The translations under genes were made by a program, and so were the position numbers. Below the pieces are notes generated by a model that was given only the letters and a program-made list of their open reading frames with translations, had not been told where the DNA came from and ran no database searches. A stretch of DNA of 57,412 nt, the filler included, from Circinaria calcarea (Eukaryota): NCBI GenBank assembly GCA_051942165.1. It is 3 parts of 3 records of this genome, joined end to end, with 100 filler letters (N's around TTAATTAATTAA, not from the genome) between each part and the next. Parts side by side here need not be neighbours in the genome. Positions count along the whole stretch, not along the records: positions 19,202 to 38,286 come from JAVECS010000218.1; 2 more parts are not named here. The stretch is one strand, 5' to 3'. Each line of letters opens with the position of its first letter. The stretch's first letter is position 1. Of the stretch, positions 22,918 through 33,409 are shown in pieces.

Positions 22918-24954
22918 ATGAGTAGCTTCGTCCCACGCCCTCCTTACTCCGAGGCGGAGCTTGGGCGTCTCTACCCCAAAGGCCTTCATCTCCAACTCGT
23001 TCAAATTGTACGTCGGATCAGACAGTCTCTGCTTTTTCTTTCACAATGTAGAGATACTATTGTGCTCATAACTTGAGAGTGCAGTGAATAGATGCTTATT
23101 CAATTACTATAGCTACTTCGACATGGTGATTACTACGGGAATGAACACAGTTGGGATGACGGAGACCTGACTGCAGAGTGTAGGTGAAAGAAGCCCTGTT
23201 TCTTCAAGATTTCAAAATGTACGTTCCTCAGATGTGTCTGGGCGAACCCTTAGCTGACGTGACCATAGGCAGGTCTTCCTCTATGTAAGTAGGCTTGGTC
23301 CGTGGATGGTGTATGAGCAGCATGCCTTGACAGTTTCTCAAGTCTGGCCATATTGCAACGCTGCTAAACGAATGTCTAACGCTGCAATGACGAAAACGGA
23401 TTGGTCATCGTGGGATTATATGGAATGGCGGAGACGCCTAGAAACATTTGGAAAGGACGACGGACCAGTTATAGCAGCTGGACCAAAAGGCGAGGTTGAT
23501 GGAATATGGTAATGCCCATCAAGACGATGTTTCCATGAGCCTCTCTTACACCCGACAGTAATTTGGGCGAGCTCACAGACAAGGGTCGTGAAACCACCCT
23601 TGCACTTGGACAACGCCTCCGCCATCTTTATGTGGATCAGTTGAACTTCATGCCTAAAGTTATAGCCAGTGCAGACATGATATATTTACGGGCTACTCCA
23701 ATGCCTAGAGCGCTGGAATCTATGCAGCAGTGCTTCTGGGGCATGTACCCTTCCACCGCTCGAACACCCTCGTTTCAACCGCCAACCATCATCACGAGGA
23801 CTCCTGCGGACGAAACGTTATTCCCGAATGATAGTAATTGCCGGAGGTTCAGTCAACTGAGCAGTGCATTTGCACAACGTACCGCAGATCGATGTGAGTC
23901 TGTCTGGAATGTGGCATACGCATTTGAGGGCTATGAGCTATCCATCGTAGCTAATGCACGCTAGGGAATGGTTCCAAAGAAATGGACTATCTCAATTCAC
24001 TCATCTCCAAGTGGATGCCTGTGGGTGCTGAGCGAGTGGCGGTGGACTCACACCCACGACTTTCTGGTATCATGGACACTATAAATTCAACTCTCGCACA
24101 TGGACCTGAAGTACGTCTTCCACCAGAGTTCTACGACAAAAAAGGTCGAGAGGCAATAGATAAGATTGCGGTAGAGGAGTGGTTTTCCGGGTACAAGGAA
24201 AGCGCAGAATATCGTTCCGTTGGCATCGGAGGTTTGGTTGGCGATCTCGTCTCGCGTATGACTGGCAGCGTAGAGCGGAACGGTAACGACGGACTGTTAG
24301 AAGTCGGCGGCAAAGATGACGAGCTAGGTAAGGGTAGAAACAACGAAGAAGGTATCCAATTCGCTATCAGCGGATGCCACGACACCACATTGGCTGCAAT
24401 ACTATCTTCATTCGGGGCTTTCGATGGCGAGGAATGGCCACCCTACACAAGTCATCTAGCCCTTGAGCTATTCAGGAAAACGGAGGCCCCTCGTACAGAT
24501 ATCGTCAGGGGTAGAACCAGTTTCGATGATGGAGTTCGGGTCAAAACTGCAAATGATCAGAATCAAAGTTTTTGGCGCTCCCTATTTGATCGGGCGAAGA
24601 ATCAGAATCTCCAAAATGTCCCAGGCCCTGAAGGAATGGCAAGGAAGACGATGGATGAACTCACTGCTGAGCAAAAAAGTAAATTAGACGGTTATTACGT
24701 TCGTATAAGATTCAATGACCGGCCGATGACGATACCTGGATGTAAACTGGCGGGAAATCACCTAGAGGGTGATGAGAGTTTCTGCACGCTGGTATGGCAA
24801 GGGAATCTCTTCTGTGTCGAGTTTTATTGACGCTTAACAGGAAGCTTTTAAGCGCATAGCGGATAAGTTCACGCCGAAGAACTGGAAACAAGCTTGTGTT
24901 ACCAATTTGGATCAGCCTGCTTTTCCAGCGGTTGTTGAGAAAGCTGGATACTAG
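22918..24954 (+). CDS. Histidine acid phosphatase (branch 2, ACP6-like); 8 exons
   Basis: Exons 22918-23007, 23113-23125, 23184-23218, 23269-23284, ~23343-23508, 23559-23893, 23965-24791 and 24841-24954 give LQLVQILLRHGERSP (RHGxRxP), GELTDKG and SGCHDTTL (HD motif). Confidence 0.9.
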
Positions 24955-25152
24955 ACGGCAAATCGGGGTAAACTATGGCTAGAAAGACAGGCGCATACTT
25001 GCATATAATCGTGGTTCATGTTTTGTCCCTCGTGGGCTAGAAGGGTTTGTAGCATCAATGCTGCCTATTAGCATCTGTGTATAGACTATCAATATATGGG
25101 ATGTAAAACCAGATGATTAGCGGTATCTAACCTTCATGTGGATTGATTCTTG

Positions 25153-26289
25153 CTAGGTCTGGAGTAGCCCCGGGAATAGAGGGTATTGCAAGTCGATGCT
25201 CAAGGCAATGCCAGCCTGCTCAAATGCTTGTGACACGCACGACGGTGGAACCCATGCGCCATGGTTCTCTTCGTCTCCCTCAATCTCTCCCAGACGCTCT
25301 GGCGAGAAGATCGCGACTGCCTGCAATGCAGGCAAATGTGTCGGCTTCAGGAGTGCCATAACCGTAAGCCATCCCAATTCATGTACCTCCACAAACCGAT
25401 GATGTGGGGCGTCGTCATAATAAACCTCTAGCTGCTCCAGCTGCGCAGGGAGTTTTTCATGAATATTTTTCGCAGGACCAAAATGCACCCCCACAAGAAA
25501 GACATGAAATAGTCTCAAGAAGGTTAATGCAGTGAAGTTGCTGAAATCGATCGGGGGGTTGTATGGCATTCCTTTATTGTACTGCCAACGCCGAGTCATG
25601 CTCAAGTGCTTGAGTGAGTCCTTCTGGGAACCTAGAGCACGGACAAAAGCTGCGGAATCCCATTGAGGGAGGGTTTCGCCTGCAAACTGCCCACTCCATT
25701 CTCCTTGATCCACCTCGTAGCAGAGCTCTTCTAGCGCCTTGGGCCAGCTCAAGATCTCCGTCAGAGCATTTTCATGAGCGCCGCAGTGTAGCAATCGCAA
25801 GACCTTGACGCGAGAAGCGCCAGCATTCTTGGGTAATGTTGGTGCATAACAGTTGTTGAAGTGGGAGATCCACAAGGTGTGTATGACAGGAAGGCAAAAG
25901 AGAACCTTTAGAACTTCAATGGAACTATTATCCATATTCGCTGCAACCGATCGGACGTACCGGCCCAGAGTTGGTTTGGCCCTGAGAACGTGGAGAAAGT
26001 GCTTCAAGTGTTGATCGCTGTAGTCCCGAAAGTTGTGCCCTCGAATGAGGGAGATATCATTGAACATGAAAGGTTTCACCAGGCCGTGAAGTCGATGGCA
26101 GGCTATTATGAGCGGCTGAAGACCTTGATTTACCCTGAAGCAAAGTCTCGCGGCTCTGGTAGATTCAATTGCCCATTCTATGAAGCAGGTAGGTTTTATT
26201 TCGGACGTCGAGGTATTTTTCAAGATAGATACAAGGGAAGAGATGACTCCGACCAATAGCTCATCGGGAAGATCGAGAAGATTTGCCAT
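25153..26289 (-). CDS. F-box protein with degenerate LRR-like C-terminal region
   Basis: N-terminal LLDLPDELLVGVISSL (F-box start) followed by LxxLxL repeats (VKVLRL, LEELCY, LKHLSM, LTFLRL, LEQLEV); 378-aa single exon. Confidence 0.75.
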   Translation of the reverse strand: MANLLDLPDELLVGVISSLVSILKNTSTSEIKPTCFIEWAIESTRAARLCFRVNQGLQPLIIACHRLHGLVKPFMFNDISLIRGHNFRDYSDQHLKHFLHVLRAKPTLGRYVRSVAANMDNSSIEVLKVLFCLPVIHTLWISHFNNCYAPTLPKNAGASRVKVLRLLHCGAHENALTEILSWPKALEELCYEVDQGEWSGQFAGETLPQWDSAAFVRALGSQKDSLKHLSMTRRWQYNKGMPYNPPIDFSNFTALTFLRLFHVFLVGVHFGPAKNIHEKLPAQLEQLEVYYDDAPHHRFVEVHELGWLTVMALLKPTHLPALQAVAIFSPERLGEIEGDEENHGAWVPPSCVSQAFEQAGIALSIDLQYPLFPGLLQT

Positions 26290-26750
26290 GTCAGCTTCTG
26301 CTATTTATCTGATGTTGTTTGCAGTCAGGATTCGATAGGGGTCAGGCATTTATGTAAGGCTATTTCGTGCGAGGTAATCGACGCTGGTGTGCAAAAGTCG
26401 TTCCCGTTGATTAACAGTCTCGTAAGGTAAATATCAGTAATATCAATAGCTTCTAGGCTATCTAAATCGGCTGTACATATCTTGCCCATGAGAGGTACTC
26501 CGAATTATTTTGTTGCTCTCGGCAGCATTTCCTGCTCATGTGCCTCGAATGTTATCGAAGACTTCTTTGCTGTCCAAGTGGGATGCTCCGGAATTTGGTG
26601 GCTTAACCCCGAGCGCCAAGCCTCCGCGCATCAAATCTCAGTGTTTACTTGCGACTCAGTCAACTGCGGTTCCATGTTATATCGACCCCACTAGATTAGA
26701 TTTGATCTGGCCTTTGGTTCATCTGCATTGATCAAGACTGTTGTATAAGG

Positions 26751-28485
26751 ATGGAGATAGTCCAACATTTTCCAAGTACTCCGACATACTGAGCCAGTTG
26801 AGTGCCGCCAACTGCTGATGCAACTTGAATAGCAAGGCGACACTCAAGCCCTTCTCCATACGGCGATCTTGTCGCCTCAATCTATGAGCTCGACTTGGTT
26901 CTTCGGTCTTCAACAGATGGCAGGATCTTGCGTACTATTAGGTTACCTAACAATCTTTCTGCCCGATGCGAACACCTTCGATGGCTTCCACGGTGGGCAA
27001 AGGGGACACAAGAATGTCAAGACCAGCAAGATCAAGTTTCTTCGAGTTCGCGACTCTTGGTAGCGGACGAAGATACGATACTTGTCTACGACACAGGAGA
27101 CGCTCACTGGCATGCTGAGATTAGGGGGGCATCAAGTAACACGGGCAGGATTAGGAATGTCGAGTTCGGCCACACAGCTGATGAGGTTCTGGTTTTTTCC
27201 GACTTTGGCGTTAAAGCAACTATCTGGTCTCTAAATACCAGTCGGGGAGTCGAAATAAGAGATCCCAAATTTCCTAGCTCCGGTCATAGCTTCCGCCCAG
27301 AAAGCAGTCATCTGGCCATTCTTACGCGGCCTTTAACTCGAGACGTTGTGATGATACTTGCCCCTTTTACGCGAGAGCTTGTCCACAGCTTTACTCTCGC
27401 GACAGTGGACGCTCAAGGATTGAAGTGGAGCCCTGACGGAAGATGGTTGGCAACATGGGATGCCTCGAGTGCAGGCTTTGCAATATACGTCTACACGGCA
27501 GATGGGTGTCTCTTCACAAGGTATATCGCAGACCAAAATGCAGACTGCATAGGGCTTGGAGTTAGAAGTATGGAATGGGATCCCTCCGGTAAATACCTTA
27601 TCGCTGGATCACATGAGAATGAGATCACCTTGCTAGATGCAAAGACTGTAAGCACAATTTTGAGCTAGAACTCTTCATGGCCTTTATGTGCTGACAATGC
27701 TGCAGTTCAGCCCCACTGCTAGATTCTATAATGCCGTTGCTATAAGCGCCCCCAATTCTCTGGTCTGGCAGGAGCAAATCAACGCAGCGGGAGAGCGCAG
27801 CTACACACGTACTTCTCAATCAATCTGTGCACCAACTAGGTCTAACCAGGCGTCATTGCTAACTGGAATCTCACAACTCAGCTTGAACGTGGATGGGTCA
27901 CTTCTTGCCTCACGGTCTGCCTCTACGCCATCAACGATCTGGATCTGGTCTCTTGGTTCTCTAATCCCAGTCGCCATATTAATACATCATTCTCCGGTGA
28001 AAAGCATACAATGGCATCCTATGAGGCCAGATCTGCTTTTGATACATTGCGTGGCGGAAGGTACAGCGTTATACCTATGGAGCGCTGACTGGTCTACGCC
28101 ACGAGTCCTGAAGCTTCCTCTGAAAATAGCTTCTGGATCATCAGAGGGAAGTTGGATTCCGACAAGCACCGATGGTAAAACTAGATTGCTGTTTGGGGAT
28201 AGCCAAAGCCGCGTCATCTGCCGTATTTTTGATGAAGGCGAAACTTCAGAATCGCCTTTGCCAGTACTGTTGCCCATATCATCACACAAATTCAGTGCCG
28301 CAGGGCCGGAGGACATGTTCGATGAAGGAAACTCGATGGATCTATCGCCGATTAAACTCTCCACCAATCATCTCACCAGGGTAATTGGAGCGCCTGAGGA
28401 GTTCAATACGTTTGGCGGGAATTGGGATTCAGAAGATATGGAAGACACGTTTGATTTCAAGCAACATCCTGCCATGGCGCGTTGA
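26751..28485 (+). CDS. WDR8: WD40 protein WDR8/WRAP73 (spindle pole body-associated in fungi); 3 exons
   Basis: Exons 26751-26775, 26833-27647 and 27706-28485. MEIVQHF..SPYGDLVAS..LVLRS, VLVFSDFGVKATIWSL, EIRDPKF, LKWSPDGRWLATWD, YVYTADG, LGVRSMEWDPSG and PSTIWIW match the WRAP73 family pattern. Confidence 0.8.
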
Positions 28486-28941
28486 GATGGTATGGAGAAT
28501 GGGATGAGGCAAATCGGTGGATGAGTTTCTCTGGGCCGGGGTCAAGGCCTTCGTGTTTACTTCATGCATAATGTTCCTGCGTTGATACCCAAAAATGAGG
28601 TAGGATTAATCAGAGATTCTGTATGGGAGGCGTTTTTGCTATATTCGGGCACTACCTACGTTATCTCCCATTTTCTTTTGGGTAATGCCAGTACTCCGTA
28701 GGTGTGTGATGGTGACTGAAGGACTAGAGTCATTTGCTTAGATCATCCCTTAGAATACTGCGCATTGGTATTTGAAGAACCTAAGATATGTTAATGCCCA
28801 AACAGATAAACAATACGATTACTCCGTACGAAGTATCTTATCTTATTTGTGAGCCAAATTCACCTAGACATCCAGCCTTACCATAGGGCTATGCTAGCTT
28901 GGTGCAATTGAAAGGGCACCCAGATGACTTGGCAATTTTGT

Positions 28942-28960
28942 CACACACACACACACACAC
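28942..28960. repeat. (CA)9 microsatellite
   Basis: CACACACACACACACACAC about 75 bp upstream of the ATG at 29035. Confidence 0.95.
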
Positions 28961-29034
28961 CCAACGGAATTCGGACAAACCTCAGCTTCCGTCTGCACAA
29001 ACCACGATAAGATAACAAACTGAACACAGCAACT

Positions 29035-30776
29035 ATGCCGGTGAAAACCATCTACATTGTGCGTCACGGGGTAAGTAACATGCAGAACAGCGAACCATTT
29101 TCCCTTGGAGAGGTCTGCTCCAAGACAGGGTATATATGACTTGCTAACACCTCCAGTTCCGCGGCAACTGGATCACGCACCCCCACACCGGTGCAACTTC
29201 CGCCCTGGTTCCCTCCCCCACCGGCATCGACTCCGACCCAGCGCTCTCGAGCTATGGCGTCGGGCAAGCAGAGGAACTGGTGGCTGCGCTGCGGGCGATC
29301 GAGCCTCCGATCGATCGCATCTACAGCAGCCCCTTCTACCGCTGCATCCAGACGCTCGCGCCATTCCTGAGAGCGCTGGGTCGGGAGGGCGCAGAAGCAG
29401 GAGCCATTCTCGATCCTGGATTAGGGTATGTAACTGATTGACTCTCGTCCTTGACGAGAATGAAAAAACGCGGTCGCGCTGACGTTCACTGCAGGGAATG
29501 GTATGGAACCGCACGATTCGACCATCCCAGTCCTGCCTCGCCCGCTCTCCTTCAATCCCTCTTCCAAGATCTCTCGCTCCGCTTTACCCCCTCCATCCTG
29601 CCCTCCCCGCGCGGTGAAACGATTCCCGAGCTCCATGATCGTGTGGCCTACACCATGAAGTGCATCTTGGCCGATTGCGCCCGAAATAACGTCGAGACCA
29701 TCCTCATCTGCACACATGCTGCAACCATCATCGCTCTCGCGCGTGTGCTCACGGGGAAGGTGCCCGTAGATAACGAAGAGGAAGACTTCCACACGTACAC
29801 CTGCGGCATCAGCACGTTCATCAGCAAGGAGGAGATGGCGAAGAGGCAGGATTCGGCGGTGGTAATCTCCGCGGACGTAGAAGAGACCTCTGTACCACAA
29901 ACGTCGGTGAAGGAAGTAGTACCAGCCACGCGAGAAGATGGGCTTCCTCCTGGTAAAGAACCGGTACCAGAAGCCTGGTCCGTCCCACCAACTCCTTATC
30001 CCGAGATCCAAGCCTGGACCCCCAACCAGCCCATCCCCTACACAAACTGGCGCGGCACCGGTCTCAACGGCGGCTTTGTCTGCACCGTAGACAGCGACTG
30101 CGACCATCTCACGCACGGCGCAGAACGTCACTGGTAAGCACTCTTCCCTCTCCGTCTGCACCTACTCTATTTTCCTTTTTTCCCCTTAATTCTAACACCC
30201 AATTCTCCTTGGCTGGAATCCACGCAGGAACTTCAAGGATACTGCGTTCAAGTATTAAATCTTGACTCATTCTCTCTTTATTTTCCTTTGGTCCCAACAA
30301 ACCTCTTCACCCCCTAATTTCCTTGGCTCGGGCAAACCTTCGTCCTTCGGTTCCTCCCTTCCCCTTCTTTAAAAAGGGCATCTCTCCTAGTGTGTTATTT
30401 GAATCATTCACCTTTGACACCGACGTATTCGGAAACCCTTTTAGGCATTTTGTCGACTGCGAGTTCAAGCAATGAAAGTTTGAATTGAAATTGGAAAACG
30501 GAAGGCATTCGCTCATTTGTTTCTATGGGATCCGTTAGGCATTTCTCCGGCGATGAGGCGTTTTTGGATCCCGATTCCGATCCTGATCTTGATCCTCATT
30601 CGGGACATGAGGCGGCAACTGAAGGCAGTGGCATTAGATCTGGTTACGGGACTGCGGTGCATGATCAGGCAGACGGTGTTGCTGATAGTGATGTGGGCGA
30701 GGGCGGGAAGGATAATGCGAGTGCGAGTGTAAAAGATGATTCCAATGCGGTGGACAGGGCTAAGCCGAAGCTTTAA
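29035..30776 (+). CDS. Histidine phosphatase / phosphoglycerate mutase family protein (TFC7/tau55 N-domain-like) with candidate alternative last exons
   Basis: Exons 29035-29070 (MPVKTIYIVRHG), 29157-29425 (DPALSSYGVGQA, IYSSPFYRCIQT) and 29495-30133 (GEWYG, LICTHAATIIALARVLTG, DCDHLTHGAERH). A phase-2 donor at 30134 can join 30228-30258, 30445-30475 or 30539-30776. Confidence 0.88.
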
Positions 30777-31199
30777 GCGTGCACATCGGAAAGAACTCGT
30801 AACTTTTGGTTTCTTCTACAGGACCAGTTTTATCGGACTGGGGTTGGGTTGGGTTTACTTTTCTTCCTGATTGATTGCTGCAGTATAGTATGGTCTCCTA
30901 CAGAGGTACCTAGACTTTAATCTGATGATATCCATGTCAAATGTACTTGCATGGAGGTGATTGTTCATCTACTAGGAGTTTATACTGTTGTGGTAGAGTG
31001 TGTGAATACTGGTACTTGGATTCCGTAGCATGGTAGCACATAGGGAGATCTGTGAATTGTCTTGACAGTTTGTATCGTTCCTTTCTATCGTAGTCCAAGC
31101 TGGCAAGGCTATCTAGCTACGCCATATGTAAACATGCTCCACAACGAACAGTCATGGGTAACGCTCAAGGATATCAGAACTTTTCCAGTCAAGCAATAT

Positions 31200-31871
31200 C
31201 TAGTAGAAGAAGCCAATGATTTTGCCGGCCACATGCTTTCGCCTCGCCTCTTCGTGGTCCATGATGCCCGATGAGGTAGTGAGGACAATGTATCCGAACT
31301 GACGCGAAGGCAGCAGCTTGACGACCCATTTCTCAAAGTCCCCTATGCGAACATTGTAGCGGGGGGAGATGACGCCGGTTTTGTTGAGTCTATGGTGCCG
31401 TGAGTGTTAGGACCTTTTGAGTAAGGGGGTGAGACCTACCGTCCGTTGAGCTGGATGACAATCTTGCCAGATCGGTGGTCATCGACTTCTTCGAATTCAC
31501 CAATATAACCTGCAGAGTTGAGCATTAGCATGTCACGGTAGATTAAACGTTTGTACATCAAGTGTGTAAAATCAGTGAACGTGTAAGATCTTCCGCCAAC
31601 CAAAAGAGGATTGATATATCGGGAACTTAAAGGGCAAAGGACGTGTGGTTATGAAGGAATTGAGACCATTGCCTAGTTATCATCCCGAAAGAAAAAATAA
31701 AACACTCTCAGACTACGCGAGAAAACCTCCCCACATACCGTGTCGCTGCATGACGCTCAGGAACTTGACAATGACCTTGGAGCTCGGGCGGATAAGCACC
31801 TGGCGCTTTCCGGCTTTTTCGGCGTTGTTGATGGCGTTGAGCGCATCGTTGAGGACACTGGTCTTGACCAT
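31200..31871 (-). CDS. RPS22: 40S ribosomal protein uS8 (S22/S15a); 3 coding exons
   Basis: Exons 31871-31739, 31509-31440 and 31389-31200 give [87 protein letters not shown]. Confidence 0.98.
31528..31689 (-). ncRNA. snR44: Box H/ACA snoRNA, snR44 orthologue, in RPS22 coding intron 1
   Basis: Hairpin-H box (AUAUCA, 31617-31612)-hairpin-ACA (31533-31531) plus 3 nt. Pocket 1 is GAUAACU..UUUAA and pocket 2 is UCUUACA..UUUAA, each 3' guide starting 14 nt before its box. They complement 18S UUAAA-U-C-AGUUAUC and 25S UUAAA-U-A-UGUAAGA (rRNA sequences recalled from yeast). Yeast snR44 is intronic in RPS22B. Confidence 0.88.
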
Positions 31872-31925
31872 TGTAGCGGTGGTGTGCGGATGAGATTCTC
31901 AACTCGATGGTGGGAGGTGAGGTAT

Positions 31926-32110
31926 CTGTAGGACGGGGCAAGAGGTAGATGTTAGCCATCAGGAGCCTTGAGCGCAAAGAGTGCCCTGGACGGAGGGTTC
32001 TTCAGCCCATTGTCGTAGGGAGAGGAAGCGGATCGTGTATCCTATGGAGATGAGAGATAGCACGATTGCTCCTCTCAGGCTACTCGAGATGCTTAGCCTT
32101 CCTAACGTAC
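31926..32110 (-). promoter_or_regulatory. RPS22 5'-UTR intron containing stem-loops
   Basis: Donor GAG|GTACGT at 32110, branch GCTAAC at 31956-31951, acceptor CTACAG at 31926, 55 nt upstream of the ATG; inverted repeats at 32020-32076 and 32077-32099. Confidence 0.7.
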
Positions 32111-32371
32111 CTCGTGGTTGTAATGGAATGTCACAGATGAGGTCAAATTGCCGTGCTGAATTTTAGGATCCTTTCTCATGTTCGGGGATTGAGTTGAGTG
32201 ATGCGCTAGTACCCAAGCGCGGCAGGGGGCTGTAACCCTTATCCGCCGATAAGAAATCGAAAGCGTCATTGCCACCGCTGACTCTGTGTATCAAGTGTAG
32301 GTACTTTGTTCCTAGATCTTTTAGATACTTACAGCATAACTACGCGCCTTGATTCTGTGTGATTATTAGCC

Positions 32372-33409
32372 ATGCTAGAAACTACCTGCTGTACATGTGC
32401 AGCTCTACTGTCCCAGATCGAACCACAATACGATGAAAAGACTGAGAAGCCGGTGGCGCAAGACCGACGGTTAGACTGTTGTGGCAGGGTTATCTGCGGA
32501 AAGTGTATAGCTGTACGTTTGTTTTTGAATCATCTATTTGTTGGATCATTGTTGACTGGCTATCGCAGAAGAACAACCGTTTTGCAACCTACTGTAGGTT
32601 CCAGTGTATCGAAGCCACCTAATGTACACCCAGTCTTAATATGCTTGTCAGGTCCTTTCTGCCAATTTTCGTCTGCCCCGTCTCCTCTTCCTCAAGGACT
32701 TCGTGATCCTCCCGCATATTCTCCACCGCCATCCCCGAGGCTTTCGTATGCTACTCTGGCCTCACATCCCGTCAACGACGAAGCCCCGCCTTCATATTCC
32801 TCTCTGACTGCACCAATAAAACCACCGAGCGATACTAAAGACGCGTCATCTAGCTCTGATGCTGCGCCAGACGTCTTGCATTTCCTCCATCCGACCGATA
32901 CGATCAACTCCTTGTCACTCGCCTACAACACCCCTGCCTGGGCTCTGCGGCGCACTAATGGACTCTTCGCCGACCATCTCCTTGCTGCACGACGGACCAT
33001 CCTAATACCGGGGAAATTTTATAAAGGTGGCGTAAGTTTAAGTTCGAGGCCTGTCGAAGGTGAAGAGGAGGAGGTGAGGAGAGGAAAGGTAAGGAGGTGG
33101 ATGGTGGCTTGCAAAGTCGCGGAGTAGGTGCTTTTTCTTGCCAACCCTCTATTTTAGCATATGGAGTCCTGAGTCAGTGTAAGAACTAATGACAATTTGA
33201 GTTTGACCCCTTCTTTTAGATACGACGTTGCCCTGCTCTATCTCGAACAAGCCGGTTATGATCTCGACCTAGCAATCGAAGCCTACAAGGCGGATGAAAA
33301 GTGGGAGAAGGATCATCCAATGGAGAGTAACGTGAAGGGCAAGATGAAAAGCCCGAATCCGGCAAGACGGAAATACGGTGGAATGGGTATTAGCGGACAG
33401 TTATCATGA
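32372..33409 (+). CDS. Intracellular protein with RING-like Zn finger, LysM domain and UBA-like C-terminus; 4 exons
   Basis: Exons 32372-32512, 32569-32593, 32652-33123 and 33220-33409. Cys pattern CCTC..CCGRVICGKC..YCPFC; LysM HFLHPTDTINSLSLAYNTPAWALRRTNGL..RRTILIP; UBA-like YDVALLYLEQAGYDLDLAIEAY; no signal peptide. Confidence 0.8.

Noticed and set aside
26751..28485. Centriole/cilia gene WRAP73 in a non-flagellated fungus as a novelty
   Set aside because: WDR8 orthologues are already known at spindle pole bodies in fission yeast and Aspergillus.
29421..30161. 246-aa antisense ORF
   Set aside because: Antisense shadow of the histidine phosphatase exon 3; no motif support.
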